A stretch of DNA of 64,000 nucleotides from Daphnia carinata (GCF_022539665.2 NC_081331.1:372001-436000); one strand, 5' to 3'; numbered from the stretch's first letter, positions 50,501 to 64,000 are shown. Notes: generated by a model from the sequence alone, not told the origin. A program made the numbers and translations.

Positions 50501-52818
50501 CTCTATGTGTGTGCATTCAATTGGAAGCAGACGGAACATCATCGGCCCATCTCGTCTGCTCTTTTTTTTTTTTTTTTCAAAAATACAAAACAAAAAAATT
50601 CCTTCCCATTTTTTTTTTACGTTCCATTTCCACTTGGATATTCGACGGCGAGTCGGCAATCATCCGCTCGACATCATCTCGAACACGACGTGCTTTAAAA
50701 TTTTCAGTTCTTTCCTGGGTTATTTCGTCACCATGGCAACAAGATGATTTTCGACGTAGAAATTCGTCACACCAGATGGACCGGTTCTTTCTCGATAAAA
50801 TCATCAGCAAGGTAAATTTTCAGATTACACAAGAATTAAAAAAAAAAAAAAAAAATCGAGTTGTAATTCGTTACACGTTCGCACGCTGGCACGCTTCAAC
50901 GAGCAAACCAACGATGACGAACAAAATGCGCGGGCGCGGATCACGCAATTTTACACACACCGGGTTACGCGGATGATATTTTCAAATGAAAGCCAACCTA
51001 TTGTTCCGGTCACGTTTGATTGTCTTCTAATATTTTCATTCTCTATACTTGTAATCCAACACTCTCCTCTCTTTTCCTCTACAATACGACGCTAGCGCGC
51101 ATTTGATTATTGTTTTATGCCATTTTTATGAGATATTTCCTCGCCGTTGTTTGTTTTGGAGGTCATTGGTTGTTAAAAACTTTGAGAAATAAATAATGAA
51201 AGAAAAAAAAAGAGTTACCCTTACTCCCGTCAGTCGAGCAGCCAGGCATCCTTAATGATTCTTACATATATATAGATGCCTACATAGTTATTTCCATCCG
51301 GCACAGCTGCAACAGCAAAATCCTTTTTTCTCCTTTTAGCTGCTTAAAGAATTTTATTATTAAAAGAATCGAAAAAAAAAAAAAAGTGAAGTGTGTGTAC
51401 CGTTTTCTTTCGTTGGCCTGGCCTCTTTTCCCCAAAAACAATGCCGAAATCCGAGTTGGGATCGTCCAAACAATTCGGTGAATGTGTTCGGGTGAAGGTC
51501 TCCTTTCTGTTTGATGTGAACACAAGCAAAACAAAGGCGAGCGCTTCCACATATTTGTTGATTTTAGCCGTGAAAGTTACGTACTGACGGTGGGTGGGGG
51601 GGGGATCGAATGACCCGAGGGCGAGGATACGCTTGACGGGTGGCTCGTCCGCAAGTGGAGGGTTTGATCCCAATGTTCGCACACTATATCATCATCAGCA
51701 TCGAGAACGTGTCAAATGTGGTGAGGCATTTCTATAAGCCGCTATTCTCGGTTTTTATTGAAAATGTTCCAGTTTCCTTTCTCGTCCTATCGTGACACAT
51801 GGAAGCCTTAACAAGGAATCAAAAGCCGATGACAAAAGAGGACGTGACTCAAATAACTTGGAATTTGATCAATCTACCGACAAGTATGGCGTCCCATCTT
51901 GCAGTTGGTTGAATCCCTACGATGGATGAAGGCGGTCAGTCGACGATCCGGTTAACGGCCCACCCAACGTATTTCGGATTCTCCGAAAATTCCTGTTTTA
52001 TTCAAAAGGCAAAACTCGATCAAAAAAAAAATAATAAGAACATTACACAAAATAACGACCGTGACCTCAAACTACTCACCTCCCTTCTCTTTAGCCTAGC
52101 AACAACAATGTTTAACAATTATCATTTTTTTTTTTTTATCTTTTCATTTGCTCATTTATTTTCTTTCGCTACCCGCAACGAATGGCGACCGGTTCACGTT
52201 TTTTTTTGCCGTATCAAAAGAAGTAGAAAGAAAAAGAAAATACAAGAAAAAACAAAACTATGATACATGTTTTTACGGGACACGAAAAAGAGAAAACATG
52301 CCGAATTTGATCCAATAAAGATTTTTTTCTTTTTAATATGTTGAAATGTTTTTTTTTTTTTGGTTTAGAAGAGGGGGAAAAACAAAAAGAGAGCGACATC
52401 GGCAAGGATGTTCCCGGTTCCCTCATCTCAAGCCCATCACATAAAAAAAAAATTAATACAATCAAATGGGGTTAAAGGAATAAACGGGTAGAAAATCGGG
52501 AATTATCACAAATGGGAATGAGGAGAGACGGGATCTTTACACAAGGCCTTTTTTTTTTATAGCGATCACCGACATTTTTCCTGCTCTCCCTCATTCAACA
52601 GGAAACCCAAAAACGTGGGGGATAATATTTTTAAAGTTTTCGGATTTTTTCTAGGTCAGAAGGATAGGAAATACAGGATGGTAAGAAGTGGGATATTTGA
52701 CCAAGGTCTCTTACGTTTTTCTCTTTGTTTTTCTTCAGAAATTCTAGGACTGATGCATACCACCATAAGAAAATAGTAAAAATGCTTTAATAGAATTCCA
52801 GTGAAATTCCTATTTCAA

Positions 52819-55800
52819 CTACGCAATCACAAGAGGCTCGTCATCCGAAAAGCCACGAATGACGGGCGAATCATCGTCTTCCAAATTTTGGTCGGAAAAT
52901 ATAGTCGACTCCGATCTATTCGTCAAAATTCAATTAAAAACAAATTCCATCATTTTCTTTTAAACGTTTAAAAATACCTCGTATTAAAATGGGTCGAAGC
53001 AAACGAAGAGAAAGAGCGTTGAAGTCGACGATGACGGATCAAGAGCATCACTAAACCAGCACCCAACGCCAACGCGATGATGACACCAATGGAAACGGCT
53101 ACATAAATGTGGGACGATCCAGCTGTTCCAGATGACGGTTTTATTTCTTCGGCAAAGACAAAGAGCATGTCCAACGGATCGGAACGGAGCGACGAGTAGC
53201 CGTGCGAGTCGACGATCGACACGGCCGCGTAATACATTTCGCCGTGATGATCTTGTGGCAATTGAAACAGTGGCTCCTTTGACTCGTAACGCAGCGTCTT
53301 GTTGAGATCCTAACCAAAAAAAAAAAAAAAAAAACAATTCAAAACACCTGTCTTCAGATTGCTCTACAATGTCTTACTTGGAAAGTGATATCTTTGCTGA
53401 TCCATACGATGTAGGAATAATTGTGAGAGACTATCTCGTGAGGGAGATCCTGATTTCTCCAGTACAACGTCACGTTACCGCCAACTTGTTTGCCGATGGA
53501 CAGCTGATGAGGCGGTGGAATGGCTGGGCCTGACAATGTCACTACAGGTGATGAACGGGCTCCGGGAGCGTCTGTTTGGACGCTAATTTCATACTGGGCT
53601 CCGTAATGGACTTCTAGTGGCAATTGGACGGTTGCATTCCGACTCGGTTGTAGAGTCACGTGCGACATTTTGTCCAGCGTTACGTCACGAATGTCCACCG
53701 AATAACCTAAACCGGTCGAATCGATGCCGAGAACGGCGCAAGACGGCGCCCAGCTGATGACAGCCATGTCATTCGAGCCAGACATGGCTGGACGAACAGC
53801 TAAATTCTTGGGTGGCGAACGGTGGTCAAATTCCGTTGTCAACGAGACCATTCCATCCGAGCCGGAACCGTAACCGATGGGCCCGATAATAGCCACATCG
53901 AAAGTGTACGACTCGCAGGCCGCCAGTTCTCTGACAGTGAAGGTCGTGTCCGTTGTCCGGTTACGTACTCCGTTCAGGTACATTTCCTGCACGCAACGAC
54001 AAAACGGAAACTCGTTAATAATAAGTACTTGCTTATTATCTATTTTCGTGTTTAAAAATACATTATAATAGCCCCCGGAAGTGGCCAATTATTGCTCTTT
54101 AATTCAAAAAAACGTGGGTTAAAATTTCGAAATTAAAAAATTGTTTTACCTTCAAGTTAACACCGTAATAGACGCCGTATTCCCATTTGAGTTTACGCTT
54201 GTCCTTGGGCGGATGCCACTCCAATTTGACGGCCGTCATGTCGCCTTTGACGACGTTGGCGTGCAAATTGCTAATACCGGGCAATTCTTCGCCACTGGTA
54301 ATGGCCAATATTGAAGAAGGCGGTCCAGTGAAACGCGCACGACGGGCCGAAACTTCCAAATTGTAACGGACGCCAGGAGATAGTCCAGTCACGTTGATGC
54401 TGGTCGACGTCGTATTGATGATCGGATATTGAGCATAATAATTACCGCTCTTGACCACCACCTGATAACCCGTGATGTTGCTATTACTGCCGCTGGGCGC
54501 TGACCACGATAGCAGGACGGACGAGTTGCCGATGGAAGACGTCCGCAAGTTCTCCACCAACGGAATAATAGCGGAGCCGTCAAACACTAAATATTTGGGA
54601 GCGGATCGCTGGCCAGCAGAGTAGCGATTCTCCGCGCCCACCTGGAATGAGTAGTTGGTTCCAGCCGTAAACTTGTAGCTGACAATGGCATCCGTTTTGC
54701 TGACGGGTACGGCAACCACCAGAGGAGGGGATACGGGCTCCACGTAAATTCGATACGTCGTGATTAATCCATTGGGCTTAACCGGAGCATTCCAGCGGAC
54801 GTGAATTTCCGTGTGACTGACCTGATGAAGACTAACGTTCCACGGTGCAGACGGAGCACCCATAGCCGTTTGAGCCGTGACGTAGAGCGAAGGTGGATGC
54901 GCATCTCCTACACCAGATGCTTGCAATGGTCTCGCATAAACGGTGATATTGTACACGGTGTAGGCTGTTAAATTGAAGAGGCGCAATTCAGTGGCGTTTG
55001 TCCACGTCGTGTTGAGCCATTGGCTGCCATTGACAGCTGGTCGGCCAGCGACAGAATAAGAAGGCAAATACTGAAGCTGAATTCCGTTAGCAGGTGGAGG
55101 AATTTCCCATTCGACCAACAGAGTTGTGCTGTTGGAATACTTGTCATCGACAAAGATACGAGAGACTTGGTACACTCGTTTATCCGATGCGCAATTCAAT
55201 TCGTCAGTGCCGTCGTAACAATCCGTCACGTTGTTGCAGTAGAGACGCAAGGGCAAACACATGGAGCCATCGCAGCGGAAGGATCCTCGCGGACATTCCA
55301 CAGTTAAATTAGTTCCTTAATTATTTTTAAATTAATTTTTAAGTTTCACAGCTGAAAATGAAATTGATCGGATATTACCTGGCATGATGAGGCCGCAACC
55401 TTCTTCGTCCGTGTTGTCGGCGCAATCTTGATGACCATTGCACAAAGCAGAGAAGGGAATGCATCCGCCAGAGTGGAGACAGCGGAATTCGGTGCACTCG
55501 GTGCCACCTTCACCCGTTTCCGTTCCGTGGCAATTCTCTTCATCTTCTCCTTTGGAGCAATCAGATTCTTTGTCGCAAACCCAAGACTCCCAAATGCAAT
55601 CACCTGCCCAAACAAATCGCCGTTAAGAAAAAACAAAACGACGGGCAAAATAGAAGCTCACCATTATTGCATTGAAAGTGATTCTCGCCGCAAGTGTGGC
55701 TGTCTGGAGGGGCCGTCGTGGTGACGGTCGTGTTGGTAGGAGGAGATCCCGGGCAAGCCAATTCGTCCGATCCATCACCGCAATCGTCTTGGCCATCACA

Positions 55801-58800
55801 TTTCCACCAAAGCGGAACGCAATTGCGATTGGCACACTCGAACATGGTGGCGCTGCAGTTTCCCTATCAACACACACGTCATTTACGATTCAATTATCTC
55901 CTGGAATTAAAAAAAAAACTATCTCTCACCTGAGGAAAGAGCGGAACAAACGGCCTCAGGGGGCTAATAGTGGTTGTGGTTGTGCAATTGATTTCATCCG
56001 ATCCGTCATTGCAATCATTGTCTCGGTCACACACGTAAGATTTCATGATGCAGCGCTTATTGGCGCACTGGAACTGCCACGGCTCGCACGAGTTGTTGTC
56101 GCAATCAAGCTCGTCTGAGCCATCGAGACAGTCGTGTTCTCCATCACATTTCCAGGCAGTTGAAAGACAGTAGTGATGCGATGCGCATGAAAATTCTCCA
56201 GCTAAAAAAAATTTAAAATTCCGTTTAACATCACGAAAAAATAATAAAATGAATCAAACTTACGTCGGCACGTGGCCGTGCTGGAATTGCCACTGGGGAT
56301 GGTCGTCGTGGTGCAATTAACTTCATCAGATCCATCGCGACAATCGTCTTCGAAATCGCAACGCCAACGGGCCGAAATGCAGCGGCCATTGTTGCAACGA
56401 AATTGATCCGATGAACAAGGATTATAGTCTAAAGACATGGTCAATAATTATATCAAATACAATCGCCGATTTAATAAATGTACACACGATCTTTTTTATC
56501 GTTGTTTTTTTTTGGTCAGACACAGGAAGAAGTGAGGGGGAAGAGAATTACATGGAACGTTTTGACGGGATAGAAACCTATTATTCAACAAGAGTAGTAG
56601 TGGAAGAGCTGCTTTGAGCCACCACTTGAAAGAGCTGACGATGGAGGACGGCGTCGGATTTGGACGAAGCTACAACGCTAGAAGCGGAGGAGGGAAGGGC
56701 CAGCAACCAAAAGGCCAGCTGCGACAAGCCGGGGAAGACTGATTGCCGATGTTTCCAATAAACTAAAACATTCGTCAATTCCATCAGATCTTGCTGGATG
56801 ACTTTCTCTTCCAGATAGAGATCCAACTCGTCCCGCTGTTCCGGCACTAACGTCAAACCGTTGGCGCTCTCGCAATGCAAACTAAAATCGGCCAATTCGC
56901 TGAAATCAAAGGCCATGTCATTGTTGTTAGAGATCAATGGCGCTGTCGTCGATGTCGTAGGCAAAATGTTCTGCATGGACGATCGTTGGCGCTTCGCAGC
57001 CGAGCTATTAGTCGGCGTCGTTTCATTGCTCACCGTCCGACTCGACATTTTCCGTTTCAATTCTCCGTTACGGTTGTTGGCCGCCATCGCGTTGTCCAAA
57101 GTGCTGCGCAAAATGTGTTCAGAGACGGGCTGCTGAGACGAGCTGTCCGCTTGGCGCAACAAATTGCGGACCATGGCGTACGTTTCCATTCGCTCGCGGT
57201 CGCTGACGTCCAGCCGACGCATGTGCTTGAAAGCCGGGTGGAGGACGCAGGCCAGTCGATGAGCCAGCTCTAATGGCCAATGTCCGTTCAAGGCTTCTAG
57301 TAAGGCGTGTTTCAACGCCGAAAGCGCGGGAGGGTCCACGTGACATTTAGGCGTGCAGAGCGACATCACGTGACTTCTTGCCAGCAGCACATTACAAAGC
57401 GTCGGACACGCTGCCAAACCGCTGATTTTAGCCACAACGGACGCCATACTGGAATAAAACGCGGCTAAATGGCCGAGAAGTTGGCGATCCAGTTGATTCC
57501 AGACACTGGAAACGGACGGATCTTGAAAAAATTTGCATAGTTCGCCAATTTGGGACGACACGTTGATCACCAGTTCCATCCAATCTAAGGCGGTGGACGA
57601 TTCTCCAGCGGCCCCACCGATCGGTTGGATCGCCTTGGCCAATTGAGTTTCCCAACCCATTGCCTGAACGATGTTAGCCATTTTCTGAATCGCGTCATGA
57701 AAATTCCTCCAATCTTGGCGAGATGACGCACAGTTCTCTTGGGCTAAAGCCAACGCCCTTCCGATTGAGTGGTGAGCACAGGGAACCGTCATCTGCCCAG
57801 CGAACGATTCTTTGATCACATCGATCGAGTTGCAAACAATGGCACGACGCAAATGATCTAATCTTTCTTCCTTTAAGGTCCGCTGCACAAGCTGGCCAAT
57901 ACGAGTCGACGTGTCTTGATCCACACTCAGCTGGACGTGTCGTAAAGGCACTTGACGCAAGAAAGGAGATACGTCCGTCCCGTTCTGATTACTATCGACG
58001 CAGTAACTGATTCCCAGAGTTACTTGAACCAACTGGCCGTTAGTTTGGGCTCTTGATGTGGAACCCGGCTGAACACGGATAATCAATCCAATGCCTCCGG
58101 CGGAGATGGTACGTGCTTCTTCTGCAAAATGATTGCGATACTCGTGAGCAATGCTGGGCAAGATCGTCTCAAATGATGGCGAAGTGAAAATCGCAGACAT
58201 GTCATCTACGAGAGGCACTCCGTGTTTCGCTCCGAGTTCAACCAGAGCTTTAGATAATTGAAGAAACGATGCAGCGCTGATTGATCCAGAGCCGAGAACG
58301 ACACCTGCATTTCTAATCAATTCATCGCGATCACCTGGTGCTAGAAAACGCGTTACAATGTTCGTCATTGACGCTTGATGTGGAGATGAATTGAGCGGAA
58401 TCTGTTCGGGCGCATCCGTCGAACTGCGGACGGCAGTGGCGATGCTGACAATGACGGACGGTGAAGGGAAATTGACATACGACGCATTTTGCTGTTGATC
58501 AGATTGAGAGGAAGAACCGGGAGCTGGACTAGGCATTAATCGATCAGATCCACCACTAGTTGGCGTTAATGGTGAAGCACCAGTTGTGGTTACTAACGAC
58601 TGGGCAAGGCACCGATGTTTTTTCAATGTTGAAGTGCCAGTAGAATGGGCATCACCGAAAGCATAAACCTGCCCGTTTAAAAAGATAATAAATATTCAAT
58701 TAAATAACGTGATTATTCGAGCCGATACCTGGCGACAGTAGATGCAAGCGACGTAGCCTTTGACTTTGCGGCCCTGGAAGGTGACTTTGCCGAAACGGGC

Positions 58801-61800
58801 CCAAACTTCGCTGCGTTTGCCTTCGCGGAGGACAATTCCAGCAGCATCACCTCTCAGTAAGAATTCGACATCAGATTTAGCCATTTCTAAATCGCCATGG
58901 CCGTCATCGATGAGCAACACTCGACGAGTTGTAGGACCTGGGAGAACCGTTTTCAAGTCGAGCAATTCAGCGGCTGTTGCGTTCACGCTGGATGAAGACC
59001 TCGTAGGGACGACATCTGAAGGTCCAGTCGACGTCCGTCCTTCAACGGCTTCTTGACTATTACTCGGCTTACAATAGGAATGGACTGAAAGACCCGACGC
59101 TTCATTGTCCGTCGTCGATTGATCGTCTACTAGTCCACCTTCTCCGCCACCTCCACCATTATTGGCCGCTGTGTCAGCGGACGAGGCGGCTGTAACAACA
59201 TAAGAGCCTTGATGATAGGCCTCAGTGGCCGTGGTTACAATATAACCGGCAGGTTCTTCGCCATCGCCATTGGCCGAAGCGTCGGCATAATGAGTTCCAT
59301 CTTCTTCCTCTTCTTCTTCGTGTCGATGATGGTGATGGGCGTGATGGCCCGTGCTAGACAGGATGGAGGTCAATTCTTCTGTATTGAGTCGAGTCAACGT
59401 TTCCAAATTGGCGTATGTCATTGCAGCCGAAGCCGCACCAACTTGTGCATCTCCTGGACCAGCAGCTGGACCTCCACCGCCTGTCTCGGCATTCTGTTCC
59501 ATTTTGCTCACGTTGTATTTTTCATAAGGCTACGAGCAGCCTCATTCGATTTCACTTCTAAAGTAATTTCAAATATGGCGCCAGTCCAAATTCTACGCCA
59601 ATGGGGGCGGAGTTAGACTGTGAAATGTTTGGTCGCTGCGATGTGGGCTTGATTAGACAAACAGAAACGAAGCCCTTGAACGGCCTTGGGAGGACGATGA
59701 GCTTGGTAACAAGCGAGATTGCACGCTATCGGCCACACGAACTCAGATTTTTGCTTTCTTTTGTTTCCCTTTTTCACTTTACTTGCATCCAGGTGTCACT
59801 ACGACGTGCGGAGTTCATCGAAAAAGGAAGAATTTGCATCGATCTTGGTGAGGTAGCACACGTGGCACTTTTATAAAAACAAGATGGCCGCTGCCTAACT
59901 TTTGTCGAACAAAAACACAAGCCGAGCGAAGTCTGCTCAGACGATTGCAACACTACTAACATTCGATCACAAAATTTCGCGAATACGATTACAAAACGAG
60001 GAATGCTATAATAGAAAATAGTATTATTTTCCCTATATTTTTTTTATGGATAGAATTCGAGGGAAAGTGTGTGAAACCGAACACAACTCGGACTGGGACT
60101 GCCGGCGTCTGAGGTCCGCCACCTTGCGACAAACGGGTTGGTTTCAGTCGGCAACTCAGCCCACCCTATCCTACCCTCCCAGTAGGGTCGGGTGCGGTGC
60201 GGGTTGCATTGAAAAGAGAATATAACAGGAGAAAAGGGTGGGGAAGACTAGTGCACTCGGCGCCAAGTGAAAATAAAAGCGATGAAAACCCCCCGTATAC
60301 AAAATCAAAACAAAAAAATGCTTTCACTTACCGCAACCAACTTCGTCGCTGCTATCGAAGCAATCGTTGTCGAAATCACATCGCCAATGCAACGGGATAC
60401 AACGGCCATTTCCGCATTGAAACTGGGCTGTACTGCAGGAGGGTGTTGTGCAATTAGCCTTTCATTTTAGATTATCAAGTTTGGTGTCAGATTATGTTTG
60501 TAATTAAAAAGATATAAGCTAATGCTTACTTCGTCTGATTTATCATGGCAGTCGTTATCTCCATCGCACCTCCATAAACTAGGGATGCACATTTCTAGCG
60601 TTTTGCATTCAAAATAATCTTCTGGGCAAGTTTGGTTCACTAAAATGGAAAAAAAAAATTATGTACGGATAAGGATCACAGCTATTTGACAAAGAAAAGT
60701 AACTCACCTAATGAACAAGATCCATTAGCTTGAGGGGCATGGCCATCAGGACAGAGACACTTTTCACTGCCATTGGCCTGCAATTCGACGTGCATTCCAT
60801 CCGGACATATGCAAGAATAACCATTGTTGGGTCGACCCATGCACAAGAATGGACAGATTGGGCTACTAGAATTGGCAGAACATGCATTGCTACCGTGTCG
60901 CAAACTTTGCGAGAAGATCTAAAGAGAAATAATTAGTGATTTGTACCTTTTTAAAGTTGGGAATTATTTGAATTGAATACCTTTAAATCCATGACTCCTG
61001 GAAGGCGACTAGCAATAGTCGATAGACCTGTGCCACGGTTCTTGTCTGCCATGAAGATACCCTGAGCATTCCAGTCATCCCAGTACATGACGTTCTTGAA
61101 AACGGCCACGGAGAACGGGTGAAGTGTTTGATCCTGAAAAATTAAAACAAAACATATATTTTGAAACATGGAACACAAGGAGAAAGATAAGCAAATACTC
61201 ACCGTTCCCTCCAATATCTTTTTAATGTTTTTGCCATCCAAATCAGCAGATGCAATGTAATCGCTTTTTGCATCAACCCAGTAGAGCCGATCGGCAAAGA
61301 AATCGATAGTTACGCCATTGGGCCACTGGACCAATGGAGCTCCAATCAGCTTTTCCTGTTAATTGTAATAACCTAAATGAATCAAACAGAACGCGTTGAA
61401 GTATATAAACCGCGAAAATACCTGAGATGAGCCATCGAGATTGGCCCTGCAAACACAGGCTTTCTCCGTCGACCAGTCCGTGTAGAACATGTAACCGCGT
61501 ACGGGGTGCACCGTGATACCCCTCGGCTTGTCCAAAACAGTTCCATTGAGAATGGTTCGCCTCATTCTACCCGTATTGTTTATATCTGTTCGAATGACTT
61601 CAATTTTGGCACGGGCTCCGTCAACAAAGTACCTAACCAACAAGACAAAACATGAACAATGGCCAGCAATTTTCATTAATTTTGAAACAATTACAAGTTG
61701 TTGCTGATCCAATCGAAGGCCATGCCCTCAATGCTCTCCAATTGAGTTTCGACCAACACCTGGGGCACGCTCTTTCCGTCCAGACAGAGACGCCAGATCT

Positions 61801-64000
61801 TGTCTTGCAGCGAATCGGCCCAATAGACGCAATTGGAGCGAACATCAAATTCCAGAGCGAAAACATTCTGCAAAGCTGGAAGGGGAAGTTCGTCCAAACG
61901 GCCAGTGTTCCTCAAGTCGATACGAAGAATTTTTTGTCGTTGAGCAACTAGGATGAAATCGGCTTCTTCCGTGACGGGACAGGCCACTTTATCAGGTGCG
62001 AATCGAGAACCACCATCTCCTCCGACGCAGGTATCGCCGGGAACTAATCGATAACCTTTGGTTCGATTATAGAATTCGCCTGGCGGACATTTGATGGGCA
62101 CAGAGAAAACATCGACAGTAGAATCCGGATCTCGAATGCATTGATTCGTTACTTCATCTTCTTTGAATCCAAAATCACACTCGTAGTCCTCTCGTCGACA
62201 TTCGCAATTGGCAACAATAGTAGGACGGGTATAACCTTGGCAATTTAGATCATTTCATTATCGTTAAAAAAAATTAAAATCTAATCAAATCTGATTGTTA
62301 CTTTTCCCATTGTAGCAGTTCGAATGAGCCATTCGTCGTTGGTAGCTAAGTTGATGTCCTAATAGACAAGGCCGTCCAGATAAACTGCCGCTTGGCGACC
62401 ATAATTTATAATCTTCCTCTTTGCATTCGTATTCTAATAATTTTTGAATAAAAATTTAAAAAATGAATATTTAAAAAATTAATCACAAAACTGAAACTTA
62501 CGAAAAGCCGCTTTGAGGTCTACAGTGACAATAATCCATTGGTGACTACCAGATTTCGAGCCAAACATTGTGAATGTTGTTGTGTTTTCTCCGGGTTCTA
62601 AATATAAAACACACATTCAATAATTAGAAGAAAAAAAAAAGTATAAGATAACGAACCGGTGATGAGTCCGTAAACGCGCATGGGTTCGTCGATGAATTGG
62701 TGCGTGTTCCACGTCTCGCCTTCATCCGTCGAGTAAAGCAATTCGCGAGTAGCAGCATCGGCGCGGAACATCTTGACCGCTACCAGGACCCCGCCGTGAT
62801 CTCCCATAGTGTACCAATAGCTACCTTTCAACGATTGGTGCCACGTCAATCCGGCATCCGCGCTCACAAACACTCCCGGGTGACCTATTGAGTTGTGTAA
62901 TTAAAGACATACGTAATAGTCATGACTTGCAATGAATTGCAAATAAATACCTTTAAGAGAAGCTCCAATGACGCCAGTAGCTACAATAATTCCCGGCGCA
63001 GAAGAGCTTGTTAAAATCGGGGCCGTCTTGTTAATAGGATAGAGCTGTGACAGTCTTTGACTGAGGTGCAACGAACATCCTTTACTGCGTTGGCAGTCGA
63101 TGGATTGACCCTCGTCATCGTACCTGGGCGGCTGGATAAGTTTCCACTCACCGCCCTTGTCGAAAGTGACAACTGTCACCAAATCATCGGGAATGACGGT
63201 CGTCTTTGTCAGAGCCGTGGCATTCGGATCGCGGAATTGCGAGGCAATGTAAATTCCTCTTAATTTCCCAACTCGATGGATGTCGATAAAGGCCTCGGCT
63301 CCCACATCCTTCAACCAAGAATTGGGAAAAGCTCCTTCCGGGTAGAAATATAGAACTCGTTCGAGCGACAAGGAAAATTGAACTCCCTTCGTGTCGTCAG
63401 GCACGTTTGAAATGTAGAGATTGGTCAACATCGAGTCGTGATTGACGCAAACCATTAATTGGCCTTCGGAAATATCGGCAATATGGAAATCACGACGACG
63501 TAATTTAGAAGGAAAGCTAGCCACCATGAACGGCCCTCTTTTGTAGGAAACAAGTAGGTCTAGATCGCCACCAGGATACCGTCGAGTGGCCAGCATGAAA
63601 TCGTCCCTCAATTCGAAATCTTCCACATTGGCAACGACGACTTTGGCATCATTGGTGGCGGTAAACATGCTGATTGACGATAGGACGATATTATCGGCTC
63701 CCGGTGTTTCGTATTCCACGTATAAGGTGGTCGGTGATGTTGTTACGTCGAGGAACCACGACTTGACAAATTCACGCACTGTCGACCAATCCATTCCAAA
63801 ATTTCGACTGAACCACAACTGTCCAAATAAAAAATTTTACTTTAGATGAGAAATTACGAGTTTAGGGCAGACTTACTCGACGAAGGCGATCCGATTTATC
63901 ATAAGCGATAATAGAAAAGGGTTTCTTCTCATCGAATGTGATGTCTTCGGGAGCAAAATCCAATGGATATGACTGGACCGTATGTACACTGTTTGTTGTT
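52819..64000 (-). CDS. SORL1: Sortilin-related receptor SorLA/LR11, 3' part; gene begins beyond the window end
   Basis: VPS10P region with Asp-boxes ([16 protein letters not shown]), 10CC region, YWTD propeller (VYWAD, MFYTDW, LYWVD), EGF, about nine LDLa repeats, FN3 repeats, TM, cytoplasmic FASTHF (FANSHY-like), C-terminal [11 protein letters not shown]. Confidence 0.96.
56581..59502 (-). CDS. BED zinc finger and hAT dimerisation-domain protein (domesticated hAT transposase-like), 953 aa, nested in a SORL1 intron
   Basis: Exons 58729-59502 and 56581-58668 joined by a 60-nt GT-AG intron. BED motif [29 protein letters not shown] (CxxH); [10 protein letters not shown]; h[35 protein letters not shown]. 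Lies within SORL1 intron 56429-60331. Confidence 0.88.

Noticed and set aside
56581..59502. Active autonomous hAT transposon
   Set aside because: No TIR/TSD pair found and the catalytic acidic residues appear replaced; treated as a domesticated gene.

Overview
Intron-rich eukaryotic genomic DNA with 55-70 nt introns and long poly(A/T) runs. The gene content and intron sizes suggest a branchiopod crustacean such as Daphnia; this is an inference. In order, the window contains: the 3' part of prolidase (PEPD, +); a C18orf21/RMP24-like zinc-ribbon gene (-); a non-autonomous element bounded by inverted repeats and filled with ~320-bp tandem repeats; a small secreted Cys-rich protein gene (+); Pur-alpha (-); RpL32 (-) head-to-head with MOB3 (+); two tandem GPx4/PHGPx paralogs (-); Fasciclin 2/NCAM (-); and the 3' part of SorLA/SORL1 (-). 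Three observations stand out. (1) A 953-aa Hermes/hobo-type hAT transposase derivative with a BED finger and hATC domain, but apparently lacking the DDE residues, sits on the same strand inside a SORL1 intron, with its likely poly(A) signal ~40 nt from the host 3' splice site. (2) One GPx paralog has an in-frame UGA (Sec) and a well-formed SECIS, while its neighbour has Cys and a different intron set. (3) Fas2 has candidate GPI-anchor, PEST-cassette and two alternative PDZ-ligand terminal exons. All exon boundaries and alignments were read by eye and no database search was run.
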